IMG/VR virus record: IMGVR_UViG_3300045747_000694
Location: 1 to 42,164 of that record
DNA from: a virus
Direction: 5' to 3' (one strand)
DNA: 42,164 bases
The notes under the pieces are model-generated. The model searched no databases. It was not told the DNA's origin and saw only the letters and a program-made list of their open reading frames with translations. Below are positions 27,709 through 36,268 of the stretch, piece by piece. A program made the position numbers and the translations under genes. The number at the start of each line of letters is the position of its first letter. The stretch's first letter is position 1.

Positions 27709-30700
27709 ATGGCGACTGGTGAGCTTCTGAGGCCCGGAGTCGAGGTCATCCAGCAGATCCGGAAGACCTCTCCGACCGTGCTTCGCCCGACGCTCGTTCC
27801 CTGCGTGGTGGGAACGGCGTTCGAAGTCGTGAACGTTCTCAACTCGGACGGGACGATCAACTCGAAGGCGAAGTGGGGCACGTACGCACAGGTCGCCAAG
27901 GCGATCTCGGAGAGCGCCTTCCCCGACCCTCGCGGCAACATCGCGGAGCTCGACTTCCTCGAGGACACCGTCCGGCCGTACCTGCTGCACGGTGGCTCCC
28001 TGAGCTACCTGCCGCTCACGCACGGGTCGTCCTTCCTGGCCTCCCTGCACAAGTCGAGCAAGGCGGTCATCCGGACCGACGTCTTCTCCGGCGTCTCCGG
28101 GCTGGACCTCAACGGCCTGGTGCTCACCCTCGCCCTCGACCTGCCGGCCATCGCCGACCACAGCCGCGACATCGCCATCACCTTCGTCGGCTCCGGCATC
28201 GGCGGGACCGGGGTGCTCACCTCCCAGCAGTGCGCGGACCAGATCAACGCCGCTGTCGGCGAGCTCGTCGCCACCGTGGTCGGCGCCGCGCCCAGCGACC
28301 GGGTGCAGATCGCCTCGCCCACCTACGGCGCGCTCTCCTCGGTCACCATCCGGCCGGGGACGGCCAACGTGCCGCTCAAGGTCGCCTTCCTCACCACCGA
28401 CGGCAACTACACCGAGCGCGTCGAGGGTGCCGGCCTGCGCGGCCAGGACGACCTGAACAACGACACGGTCACTCCGTGGGTCGAGTTCTTCCAGGGCGAG
28501 TACTACTACGGCGCGGGCTCCGCGGCCGTCGCCACCACGTACCGCGCGCAGTGCGGCGCCATCGACCTCGAGACCCAGGCCTTCGCGGCCGCCAAGGCCG
28601 CGGCGGTCACCTTCTCAGGTGGCAGCCCGACCGTCGCCCTCAAGGTCGGCGACTTCGTCGTCGCCGACGGCGTGCGGCTCGCCAGCGGCGAGGTGATGAA
28701 GGTCGAGACCAGCCGGTTCAAGGTCGGGACCATCAACACCCTGCTCTCCACCGCCGACGCGCAGGGCAGCTACACCACCAAGGTCTACGACGGCCAGCAG
28801 GTCGGCACGGCGTACGACACGACCCCGTTCGCCCCGACGTACTGCTTCTTCGTGGCCAACGACATCGACTGGCGCCTCGCCACCGGGGCGCTGGCTGCCG
28901 CGGTCACCGGCAACGGCGCCCACTCCGCGGCCGCGGCGGCCACCGTCGCCACCGTCGCCACGCCCTCGGGCCCCTACTCGCTCCAGGGCCTGGGCCTTCA
29001 CTACACCTCCACCATCGACGGCGTGGAGACCGAGGGGACCTTCACCTTCACGGCCGCGTCCTACCTCGACATGGACGCCGTGGTCGCAGCTCTCGGGACC
29101 AACATCCCCGGCGTGCTCGCCACCAACGACGCGGGCCAGCTCCGGCTGACCTCGACGAAGACCGGCGTCCTCCAGGGCATCAAGGTCTGGGGCAACAGCA
29201 CCTGCCGCTCGGTGCTGCTCTTCGCCCTCGACGTCGCCGACCTCGGCGAGGACACCCTCTACACCGCCAACACCGGCCTGACGGGCAAGTACCTGACCTT
29301 CCAGTTCGACCGGAACCCCCACACCTACGCGGTGCTGGCCACCAGCAACTCCCTCGAGGAGCTCGTCTCCGAGATCAACAAGACCGTCGGCGTGACGGTG
29401 GCGACCATCTCGTCGGGCTTCATCGTGCTCACCTCGCCCCTCAAGGGCATCGCGAGCCGGGTGACCATCCTCGACACCGGCAGCAACAAGGCCGAGGACA
29501 ACCTCGGGCTGACCGCCGGCAACACCGACGGCACCGGGCGCCCCTACCCGGACGCCTACCTCGACGACGCGCTGGTCCTCCACATCGGCTCGGAGATCCT
29601 GCGCGACTCCGTCACCGGCTACCCCCTCGACCAGGCCTACGACACGGGCACCCTGTACGTCCAGTACAAGGCGCTCCGCAAGGACGTCTCGGCCGCCGCG
29701 GCGCAGCCCGGCGTCATCCGCGTCTCCGACACCAGCACCCTGCTGGCGGTCCTGGACCCGGTGACCGAGGAGAACCCGCTGGCCCTGGGCATGTTCCTCA
29801 CCATGCTGAACGCCCCCACCTTCGAGGTGAAGGGTCTCGGCATCGACGAGGTGACCGCGGCCGCCCCCGAGGGCACCGAGGTGGCCTGGGCCCGCGCGGC
29901 CGCGCTGCTGGAGACCGAGGAGGTCTACGCCATCGCCCCGCTCACCCAGAACGAGGTCGTCCAGGGCATGTGGATGACCCACTGCTCGGTGATGAGCGCC
30001 CCGGAGCAGGGCGGCGAGCGCATCGTCTTCCCCAACAAGAAGATGCCGACCAACAAGAACTCGTCCATCGCGGCGAGCGGCTCGGCGGCCAACACCACGG
30101 CCTCCCCGAACCAGCTGGTCATCGACATGAACCCGTCTTCGGGTCTCGTGGCGCTCGGCCTCAACCCCGCCCTCGGCTTCGCCGTGGCGCAGGGCGTCTT
30201 CGTCGAGGTCACGGTCGCGAGCGAGCTCCGCCGGTACAGCGTCTCGAGCGTCACCGGCTCCCTCGTGAACCTGCGGACCACCTTCTCCTCCAGCGAGAAC
30301 GCCGACGCCTTCTACTCGGACGTCTTCCTGGACGTCCCGGTGGTCAACAGCGCCTACACGCTGAAGGTGCGCGGCGCGGCGCTCACCATCCCGGGCACCA
30401 ACCCGGCCATGTACGACTACTCGCTCATGAGCGAGACGGTCGCCGAGGCCAACACGCTCTTCAAGAACCGGCGCGTCTACGAGGTCTTCCCGGACACCGT
30501 GAAGCTCCAGGTGAGCGGCGTCGAGAAGGCCCTGCCCGGCTACTACGCCTCCTGCGCCATCGTCGGCATGGTGGCGGCGCAGCCCCCGCAGCAGGGCTTC
30601 ACCAACTTCCCCATCGTCGGCCTGACCGGCGTGGTGGGGACCGAGAAGTTCACCAAGCGCCAGCTGAACGTGATGGCCGGTGGCGGCACCTACATCCTGA

Positions 30701-31053
30701 TGCAGGAGGTGCCGGGCGGCTCCGTCTTCTGCCGGCACCAGGTGTCGACCGACCTGACCAGCGTCGAGACCCGCGAGCTCTCCATCACCAAGGTGGTGGA
30801 CTTCGCGGCCAAGATCCTGCGCATCGGCATCCGCCGATTCATCGGGACCAGCAACGTCAACCCCCAGCTGCTCGACATGCTGGGCGCCACGGTGCACGCC
30901 ATCCTCAAGTTCCTCGAGGACACCGGCGTCATCAACGGGTCGAACATCAACAACCTGGTCCAGGACAAGGCGAACCCGGACACCATCCTCGTCGACGTCA
31001 CCCTGGACGTTCCGTACCCCTGCAACTACATCCGCCTCACCCTGATGGTGTGA
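27709..31053 (+). CDS. Contractile tail sheath protein (1114 aa) with duplicated internal insertion domains
   Basis: RBS GAAGAAGGAGCCTGAC then ATG. N-terminal MATGELLRPGVEV resembles the sheath N-terminal PGVY segment. C-terminal ~150 aa (…GGGTYILMQEVPGGSVFCRHQVSTD…DVTLDVPYPCNYIRLTLMV) resembles the conserved sheath C-terminal domain. Followed directly by a tube-sized gene. Confidence 0.6.
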   Translation: MATGELLRPGVEVIQQIRKTSPTVLRPTLVPCVVGTAFEVVNVLNSDGTINSKAKWGTYAQVAKAISESAFPDPRGNIAELDFLEDTVRPYLLHGGSLSYLPLTHGSSFLASLHKSSKAVIRTDVFSGVSGLDLNGLVLTLALDLPAIADHSRDIAITFVGSGIGGTGVLTSQQCADQINAAVGELVATVVGAAPSDRVQIASPTYGALSSVTIRPGTANVPLKVAFLTTDGNYTERVEGAGLRGQDDLNNDTVTPWVEFFQGEYYYGAGSAAVATTYRAQCGAIDLETQAFAAAKAAAVTFSGGSPTVALKVGDFVVADGVRLASGEVMKVETSRFKVGTINTLLSTADAQGSYTTKVYDGQQVGTAYDTTPFAPTYCFFVANDIDWRLATGALAAAVTGNGAHSAAAAATVATVATPSGPYSLQGLGLHYTSTIDGVETEGTFTFTAASYLDMDAVVAALGTNIPGVLATNDAGQLRLTSTKTGVLQGIKVWGNSTCRSVLLFALDVADLGEDTLYTANTGLTGKYLTFQFDRNPHTYAVLATSNSLEELVSEINKTVGVTVATISSGFIVLTSPLKGIASRVTILDTGSNKAEDNLGLTAGNTDGTGRPYPDAYLDDALVLHIGSEILRDSVTGYPLDQAYDTGTLYVQYKALRKDVSAAAAQPGVIRVSDTSTLLAVLDPVTEENPLALGMFLTMLNAPTFEVKGLGIDEVTAAAPEGTEVAWARAAALLETEEVYAIAPLTQNEVVQGMWMTHCSVMSAPEQGGERIVFPNKKMPTNKNSSIAASGSAANTTASPNQLVIDMNPSSGLVALGLNPALGFAVAQGVFVEVTVASELRRYSVSSVTGSLVNLRTTFSSSENADAFYSDVFLDVPVVNSAYTLKVRGAALTIPGTNPAMYDYSLMSETVAEANTLFKNRRVYEVFPDTVKLQVSGVEKALPGYYASCAIVGMVAAQPPQQGFTNFPIVGLTGVVGTEKFTKRQLNVMAGGGTYILMQEVPGGSVFCRHQVSTDLTSVETRELSITKVVDFAAKILRIGIRRFIGTSNVNPQLLDMLGATVHAILKFLEDTGVINGSNINNLVQDKANPDTILVDVTLDVPYPCNYIRLTLMV

Positions 31054-31088
31054 GCGGGCTGAACGTCCACTGCAACTGAGGAGCGCAC

Positions 31089-31823
31089 ATGTCCAGCCTC
31101 ACGTCTTGGAATCCCTACTCCCAGAAGGTCGACAACGCGTCGGCCCTCGGAGAGGGCAGGTTCGCCTCCGGCGCGTTCACCATGATCGCCGCCGGTCCCC
31201 CGCGTCTCGCCTCCATCGGCGGCGGCGCGGCGGCAGGGCTCGACCTGTCCAGCGGCACGTCGAACTGGGCCCTGCCCATCGGCGTCGTCCAGAACTTCAA
31301 CCTCGCCCACAACAAGAGCTTCGCCCGCTTCTGGGAGCTCGGCAGTGAGCGGTCGTACTTCATCGCCGGCCGCACGCAGGCGCAGGCCGGGTTCAGCCGG
31401 GTGCTCTACAACGGGCCCTCGCTGCTCCGGATGATGTACGCCTTCTACCAGGACCTCCTGGCGCCCACGACCATCAAGTCGTTCGGGGTGGACGCCAAGA
31501 TCCCGCTCACGGTGGCCAACCAGCACAACGTGAAGATCCCGCCCGGGTTCGAGAACATCTACCTGAACCTGGCCTCGGACCTCTTCTCGCAGCCGTGCGG
31601 CCTCCTCTGCTACATGAAGGACTCCAACGAGACCACCCTCGGGGCCATCTACCTCGAGGAGACGTACCTGCCCTCGCATAGCATCGCGACGGACGCCCAG
31701 GGCGTGGTCATCCAGGAGCAGGTCTCGCTCCAGCCCGAGCGGGCGGTGCCCATCGCCCTCAACAGCCTGGCCCTGGTCGACTCGACCCTGACCCAGGTGC
31801 TCAACGCCGCCACCGGCGCCTAG
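31089..31823 (+). CDS. Tail tube protein candidate (244 aa)
   Basis: RBS ACTGAGGAGCGCAC then ATG. Sits directly after the sheath gene and before a terminator. No motif-level evidence. Confidence 0.45.
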   Translation: MSSLTSWNPYSQKVDNASALGEGRFASGAFTMIAAGPPRLASIGGGAAAGLDLSSGTSNWALPIGVVQNFNLAHNKSFARFWELGSERSYFIAGRTQAQAGFSRVLYNGPSLLRMMYAFYQDLLAPTTIKSFGVDAKIPLTVANQHNVKIPPGFENIYLNLASDLFSQPCGLLCYMKDSNETTLGAIYLEETYLPSHSIATDAQGVVIQEQVSLQPERAVPIALNSLALVDSTLTQVLNAATGA

Positions 31824-31852
31824 CACACCCCAAACGGGTAAGGGCTAAGAAG

Positions 31853-31882
31853 AAGGGCTGGTTCCTCCGGGAGCCGGCCCTT
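31853..31882. terminator. Stem-loop terminator after the tube gene, at the convergence point with the minus-strand island
   Basis: AAGGGCTGG ttcctccgggag CCGGCCCTT: 9-bp stem with one U-G wobble, then CCGCTTTGGGG. Starts 30 nt after the TAG. Confidence 0.5.
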
Positions 31883-31960
31883 CCGCTTTGGGGTGCCAGA
31901 CGCGCCAGGGCTCGATCCTAGAGGGTCAGCGGCCGCCGGCGCCCGGATGTGCCACCGGGC

Positions 31961-32212
31961 CTACTTCGCGTCGCTAGCGACCCGCGGCTTGCGCGCCTTG
32001 GGGGTTCTCGTGAGGGACCTGACGCGGCCCGCCTGCTGCCGGCCCTTGTCGTCCTTCACCAGCTCGAACTCGACCGTGTCGCCCTGCGTCAAGGTCCGGT
32101 ACCCCTCCATCTCGATGTTCGAGTGGTGGACGAACAGGTCCTTGTCGTCCCCGTCGGGGACAACGAAGCCGAACCCCTTGATGGAGCTGAACCACTTGAC
32201 CTTGCCGCGCAC
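31961..32212 (-). CDS. Cold-shock domain protein (83 aa) with basic C-terminal tail
   Basis: GKVKWFSSIKGFGFVVPDGDDKDLFVHHSNIEMEGYRTLTQGDTVEFELVKDDKGRQQAGRVRSL aligns by eye to E. coli CspA (GIVKWFNADKGFGFI...DVFVHFSAI...). No ATG is available. GTG at 32212 is the nearest in-frame start, but the RBS is weak, so the start is uncertain. Confidence 0.65.
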   Translation of the reverse strand: MRGKVKWFSSIKGFGFVVPDGDDKDLFVHHSNIEMEGYRTLTQGDTVEFELVKDDKGRQQAGRVRSLTRTPKARKPRVASDAK

Positions 32213-32256
32213 GAGGCCATTGTCGGTGCGCGGCAGGTCTGTGGGTAGGGGAAAGA

Positions 32257-32853
32257 CTAGGCGCTGGGCGCCGCGAGCGGCATGAAGGTCGGCGGAGTCG
32301 CCCCGTTCCCCGGCAGAGGCACCGGCGGGAGCGTCTGCGCCGCCGCGGCGACCTTGGGCTGCTCCGACGCGCGCCGGCGGGCCACCTCGGCCGCGATGCG
32401 CTCCTTCTCCCCGGTCTGGATGGTGTCGAGGCTGACCGTGCCCTCGTCCTTGCCCCTGATCTCGATGACCGCCGGCTGGCCGTGGGGCAGGATCCTCCGC
32501 AGCGCGTCGAGGTGCTCCACCGCGGCGCTGGCGGCCTTCTCGAGCTTGCCGAGGAGCTCGGCGTTGCCGCAGTCGCCCAGGGTCAGGCGGTTGGTGGCGA
32601 GGTTGGTGAGGATCGTGGCGACCCGGTCCATCTCCCAGACGTAGTGCTCCGGGTCCATCATCGCGACCTTCTCGACCCGGACGTTGCGGGGAGTATCCTT
32701 CCACTCCTGCTTCTTGGGCGAGGGAGCCGCCGCATGCACCGCGTGAGGGGTAACGGCGGGGGCCGACCTCATGGCCCCCTTGCCGGCCACCGACTTCTTC
32801 TCGGCGGCGCGCTGCTGCTTGGTCTTGGTCCGGTCGTACTGTCCACGGGGCAT
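32257..32853 (-). CDS. Hypothetical Lys-rich protein (198 aa)
   Basis: RBS CACAGGAGTCACT then ATG at 32853. N-terminal basic region MPRGQYDRTKTKQQRAAEKK. Confidence 0.6.
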   Translation of the reverse strand: MPRGQYDRTKTKQQRAAEKKSVAGKGAMRSAPAVTPHAVHAAAPSPKKQEWKDTPRNVRVEKVAMMDPEHYVWEMDRVATILTNLATNRLTLGDCGNAELLGKLEKAASAAVEHLDALRRILPHGQPAVIEIRGKDEGTVSLDTIQTGEKERIAAEVARRRASEQPKVAAAAQTLPPVPLPGNGATPPTFMPLAAPSA

Positions 32854-32896
32854 AGTGACTCCTGTGTGTGGGGAAAACTACCACAGGTCTATAACG

Positions 32897-33055
32897 TCAC
32901 TCTGACACCTGGCCCAAGAACTTCTTGATGGCATGAAGGGCGATCTCGCTCTTCGTGACTCGCCTCTTCATGCCCTTCTGCATCTCCCTGCGAAGAGCCT
33001 CGAGCTTCTTCGAGATCTCTCTTGGAAGAGTCACCTCAAGGCGGTACCCCTTCAT
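32897..33055 (-). CDS. Ribbon-helix-helix (CopG/Arc-like) DNA-binding protein (52 aa)
   Basis: MKGYRLEVTLPREISKKLEALRREMQKG...SEIALHAIKKFL shows a beta-strand then two helices. GGAGG lies 9 nt upstream. ATGA-coupled to the upstream gene. An alternative ATG is 15 nt upstream (MEALDMKGY). Confidence 0.6.
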   Translation of the reverse strand: MKGYRLEVTLPREISKKLEALRREMQKGMKRRVTKSEIALHAIKKFLGQVSE

Positions 33056-33348
33056 GTCCAAGGCCTCCATTCCATCATGGCTCCCCACAAGATGCCCTGG
33101 TTGATGGGGAGCCCGAGGTCGAAGTCGGTCTTCGTGAGTACCCGTCCCAGACGCCGCTCGAGACAGAAGAGGCACAATCCGACATGCCTCTTGTGCTTGT
33201 GCGACGTCTCGGTTCCTGGCCACTCCCGCTGGAGATGAGACTTCACCTCTTGGTAGTCCGGGAAGGCCGCGCGCCAGATCGACTCGAGCACCATGAAGGA
33301 CGGAGCAGCTTTGCGGCAGTCGTAGCACTCCAGCCCGCCGTCCTTCAT
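33052..33348 (-). CDS. Zinc-finger protein (98 aa): CxxC, a His-rich block, then CxxC
   Basis: MKDGGLECYDC...SHKHKRHVGLCLFCLERR. ATG at 33348 forms an ATGA overlap with the upstream gene. Its own stop forms an ATGA overlap with the RHH start. Confidence 0.5.
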   Translation of the reverse strand: MKDGGLECYDCRKAAPSFMVLESIWRAAFPDYQEVKSHLQREWPGTETSHKHKRHVGLCLFCLERRLGRVLTKTDFDLGLPINQGILWGAMMEWRPWT

Positions 33349-33641
33349 CCCGGCAGCGCCACGTTGTCCTGGCGCAGCTCCTCGATGCTGTGCTCCCCGA
33401 GCATCCAGAGGACGCCCTGGAGGAAGCCGAACCACATGACGACGAGGTCCGGCTGGCCCACCTCGACGAAGTGGAGGATCTGGTCGCAGATCCAGAGGGC
33501 GTGCTGCTTGATCTTCCCGTAGTCGGCGATGTAGTCGCCCTCGACGAGGAAGTTCGGATCGACCTTCTGGGCGACGAAGCCCTCCCGGGTGAGCTCCTCC
33601 TTGTACTTCTTCACGTCCCTGATGATGAGCTCTTCGGTCAC
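33345..33641 (-). CDS. Hypothetical protein (98 aa), GTG start
   Basis: GTG at 33641 with AAGGAG 8 nt upstream and a GTGA overlap with the upstream stop. Upstream in-frame sequence is RP-rich junk. Confidence 0.5.
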   Translation of the reverse strand: MTEELIIRDVKKYKEELTREGFVAQKVDPNFLVEGDYIADYGKIKQHALWICDQILHFVEVGQPDLVVMWFGFLQGVLWMLGEHSIEELRQDNVALPG

Positions 33642-33802
33642 CGCTTGGTCTCCTTCTTCTCGGGGGCCTTCTGCGTCTGCGCCTTGAGGGCCGAGTCGCT
33701 GGAGCGTCCCTGGGTGGTGCTCGAGTTGCCGGCGTGCTGCTTCGGCTTCATGAGCCACGCCTTCTTGATCTTGCGTCCGACTCCATCGAATCCAGGTGGC
33801 AT
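33638..33802 (-). CDS. Small basic protein (54 aa); not in the ORF track
   Basis: GCTGAGGAGTACGTA then ATG at 33802 (TAATG overlap with the upstream stop). MPPGFDGVGRKIKKAWLMKPKQ... TGA overlaps the GTG of the next gene (GTGA). Confidence 0.4.
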   Translation of the reverse strand: MPPGFDGVGRKIKKAWLMKPKQHAGNSSTTQGRSSDSALKAQTQKAPEKKETKR

Positions 33803-34086
33803 TACGTACTCCTCAGCTTCCTCAAGAGATCACTCGCCTTGATGGCGAACTCATCGGGCCCCATGCCCAAGTCCCTTCCGTCTTCACTGACGTGGTGGCC
33901 CCAGCGAAGAACGCCAGGAGCCTCCGCATCTTCACGAACGAACTGCCCCACGAGCTTGACGATGCTCTTCATGTTGCGGACCTCGGCTCCGAGCTTCTTC
34001 ACGCACTCGTACAGCCAGCCGTCTGCCTGGCCCTTCCTCCCCGCCGGGTGCTTCATACCGCAGTGGGGGCAAGCCTTCTGTGCCAT
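33802..34086 (-). CDS. Small Zn-ribbon protein (94 aa)
   Basis: N-terminal MAQKACPHCGMKHPAG. TGATG-coupled to the upstream gene. Confidence 0.55.
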   Translation of the reverse strand: MAQKACPHCGMKHPAGRKGQADGWLYECVKKLGAEVRNMKSIVKLVGQFVREDAEAPGVLRWGHHVSEDGRDLGMGPDEFAIKASDLLRKLRST

Positions 34087-34541
34087 CAGCGCAAGTCCAG
34101 TCCGGGGTGGATGACCCCGACGAGTCCTCCCCTGGGGCAGGCCGGGCAGATGATGCCGTGTGGGTACTCCTTCGTCGGGTCCTCGTCCTTGAACTCCGTG
34201 TGGCAGCGAGGGCAGATGAGCAGCCTCGGGCTCGGAGGCCCGATGTAGCCCACTTCATCGAAGCCGGAGGTCGGAACCTTCAAGGCTTCGGCTGGCGACA
34301 TCTTCACCACGTCCTTCGAGAGGCAGCGACGGTAGTGGTCGTTCCAGCCGGGGTCGACCTCCCCCTTCTTCGCACCGCTGCGGATGATGAAGTCCGCAGG
34401 CGCCCGCCGCATCTCCGTCGCCAGCACCTCGAGCCAGTCTGCTCGGTCGATGCGTGCCACCAGGCGGTGCTTGTTGGAGATGCGACGGTACCCTTGGGCA
34501 ACGGCATCTTCTGCCTTGAGGTCTGGCATCTCGGTCCACAT
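34086..34541 (-). CDS. Hypothetical protein (151 aa) with C-terminal Zn ribbon
   Basis: GGGAGGTAGGG then ATG at 34541 (MWTEM...). C-terminal LICPRCHTEF...GIICPACPRGG. Confidence 0.55.
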   Translation of the reverse strand: MWTEMPDLKAEDAVAQGYRRISNKHRLVARIDRADWLEVLATEMRRAPADFIIRSGAKKGEVDPGWNDHYRRCLSKDVVKMSPAEALKVPTSGFDEVGYIGPPSPRLLICPRCHTEFKDEDPTKEYPHGIICPACPRGGLVGVIHPGLDLR

Positions 34542-34543
34542 CC

Positions 34544-35161
34544 CTACCTCCCGGCACAGCAGATGGTGCAGGGAGTGGAGATCGTGATGCCGTTGACGAT
34601 CTTGTCGACGACGATCTTGCCGCCGCACTCGGTGCAGGCTGTGGGGGCAGGCTTGCTCTTCTCGCCGTAGCAGTAGGAGCAGGCCCCATCGCTCGTGCGC
34701 GCCCATGTGGCTTGGTCACGACCGCAGTGCTTGCACACCATGATGACCCGCGGAGACTCTCGATGCTCTGCGATGGTCTCTTCGAGCCAGGTTCCCGGGA
34801 CGACGCCCGGGACCTTCACTCGATCGTGGTGGATGGGGCTTGTGACGGTGGCTGCTGGGAAGTTCTTCACCATCCCGCCCCCACCGTCGTGGTCCTTGCA
34901 GAGCCCGAGGTTGACTGCCGGCTTCTCGCAGTACTCGCACCTCATCTGATGGGGACCCGGCCTCTTGCACAGCGGGCAGGACTTGTAGACCGTCCAGTCC
35001 ATCTCCCCCGGGTCTTGGATGCGCTTCCGGAGGACGTTGTAGGCGACGAGGGTGGTGACGATGCGTGCCCACCCATAGACGACCAAGGCCTCCATGGGAG
35101 GCCCGGGGTTCTCGTAGATGTCCTTGATCTCCTTCTCAGAGAGGAGTGCTGGGATCGACAT
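34544..35161 (-). CDS. Cys-rich protein (205 aa) with six CxxC pairs (three predicted Zn-ribbon/treble-clef units)
   Basis: CPLC, CEYC, CKHC, CSYC, CTEC and CTIC(C), spaced as three ribbon units. AAGAAAGGG precedes the ATG at 35161. Confidence 0.6.
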   Translation of the reverse strand: MSIPALLSEKEIKDIYENPGPPMEALVVYGWARIVTTLVAYNVLRKRIQDPGEMDWTVYKSCPLCKRPGPHQMRCEYCEKPAVNLGLCKDHDGGGGMVKNFPAATVTSPIHHDRVKVPGVVPGTWLEETIAEHRESPRVIMVCKHCGRDQATWARTSDGACSYCYGEKSKPAPTACTECGGKIVVDKIVNGITISTPCTICCAGR

Positions 35162-35321
35162 GCGGCCCTTTCTTGGTGGACTCGATGAAGCGGAGGAAGG
35201 CTTCCAACACCTCGGGCTCGAGGAAGATCACGTTGCTCGCCTCCATGCCGTTCTCGGTGGTGAGGATGATGTGGAAGGGGCTGAGCTCGACGTACACGCT
35301 GTCCCCGAGGTAGGTCTTCAT
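35136..35321 (-). CDS. Small hypothetical protein (61 aa)
   Basis: AACAAAGGAGCGCC then ATG at 35321 (ATGA overlap with the upstream stop). 26-nt overlap with the downstream gene start. Confidence 0.45.
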   Translation of the reverse strand: MKTYLGDSVYVELSPFHIILTTENGMEASNVIFLEPEVLEAFLRFIESTKKGPHVDPSTPL

Positions 35322-35605
35322 GGCGCTCCTTTGTTCCTCTTCATGAGCTTCGGCCCCTTCGGCTTGGGTGGCTTCTTCGGCAGCCGAAGCTCCTGGAAGA
35401 GCGACGAGATGATGAAGATGATGGGGAGGAGGTTCGGCGCGATGTACTTCCCGTCCATGATGCAGCCACAGACGAAGCAGTAGGGCGCCGAGGTGACTGT
35501 GTCGTGCACCGTGGTGATGTAGTTGATGACGAGCACCTCGGCGCGGCAGGAGGCGCACGTTCCTTCCTGCGCCCCCTTGCCTGCCCAGACGTCGTAGCGC
35601 CTCAC
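35318..35605 (-). CDS. Membrane-anchored Zn-ribbon protein (95 aa), GTG start
   Basis: GTGA overlap with the upstream stop. CASC...CFVCGC, then hydrophobic LLPIIFIISSLF, then a basic tail KKPPKPKGPKLMKRNK. Confidence 0.5.
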   Translation of the reverse strand: MRRYDVWAGKGAQEGTCASCRAEVLVINYITTVHDTVTSAPYCFVCGCIMDGKYIAPNLLPIIFIISSLFQELRLPKKPPKPKGPKLMKRNKGAP

Positions 35606-35943
35606 AGGGCGAGCTCCGTCTGCATCGTCTTGGGCTTGCGCTTCAGGCACATCTTGCAGTCGACCCGGGCCCAGTCCTCGGTGAGGCGGCTGGCGGGCAC
35701 CATCTTGTCGGAGCAGATGGGGCAGTTCATGATGCCCCAGTGCATTCTCCGAGGGATGAGCCGCATCGCCTCTTCCTTCGTCGGGGTGTTGTGCCCTACC
35801 TCCGAGCCGAGGACGGAGTAGTGGAAGTTCCTGAGCTGCTTCGCGGCTTGCTGAAGGACGGTGTTGGCCGCTCCCTCCAGCATCTGCTCGTCTCGTTCGT
35901 TCCTGGCCTCGACCAGGATGCGCAGCGTGATGACGCGCTTCAT
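35602..35943 (-). CDS. Zn-ribbon protein (113 aa)
   Basis: CTAGAAAGGGAGTAG then ATG at 35943. CPICSDK...CKMC. Confidence 0.6.
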   Translation of the reverse strand: MKRVITLRILVEARNERDEQMLEGAANTVLQQAAKQLRNFHYSVLGSEVGHNTPTKEEAMRLIPRRMHWGIMNCPICSDKMVPASRLTEDWARVDCKMCLKRKPKTMQTELAL

Positions 35944-35954
35944 CTACTCCCTTT

Positions 35955-36266
35955 CTAGGTTGGTGGGTGGAGCACGAGGCGGTACCCGAGCTCCTTCGCT
36001 CGAGCACGCACCTCGGCAACCTGCTCCTCCCTGGTCTTCTCCGCGGTTGGCGGCGGAGCTGCGGGCATCCAGGCATCAGGGAGGTTCTTCCTCAGCGCCC
36101 GGCTGTCGAGTGCCACGAAGTGGAGGGCTAGGGCTTTCGCCGCCTCCTTGAAGGAGTCGTCGAGGTCCATGTCCTGACCAGACTCGTAGTTGAACTCGAC
36201 ACCCAAGAACCGAAGGATGCGCTCTGCGTTGAGCCGCGCATCCCGGAGAACCTCGTTGATGTTCAT
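35955..36266 (-). CDS. Hypothetical protein (103 aa)
   Basis: ATG at 36266 (MNINEVLRDARL...). Upstream in-frame sequence is junk. RBS is weak. Confidence 0.45.
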   Translation of the reverse strand: MNINEVLRDARLNAERILRFLGVEFNYESGQDMDLDDSFKEAAKALALHFVALDSRALRKNLPDAWMPAAPPPTAEKTREEQVAEVRARAKELGYRLVLHPPT

Positions 36267-36268
36267 CG

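Noticed and set aside
31961-32884. 307-aa minus-strand ORF encompassing the CSD
   Set aside because: Only the last 83 codons look like protein (the CSD). The upstream 220 codons are RGP-rich junk that overlaps the real 32257..32853 gene in another frame.
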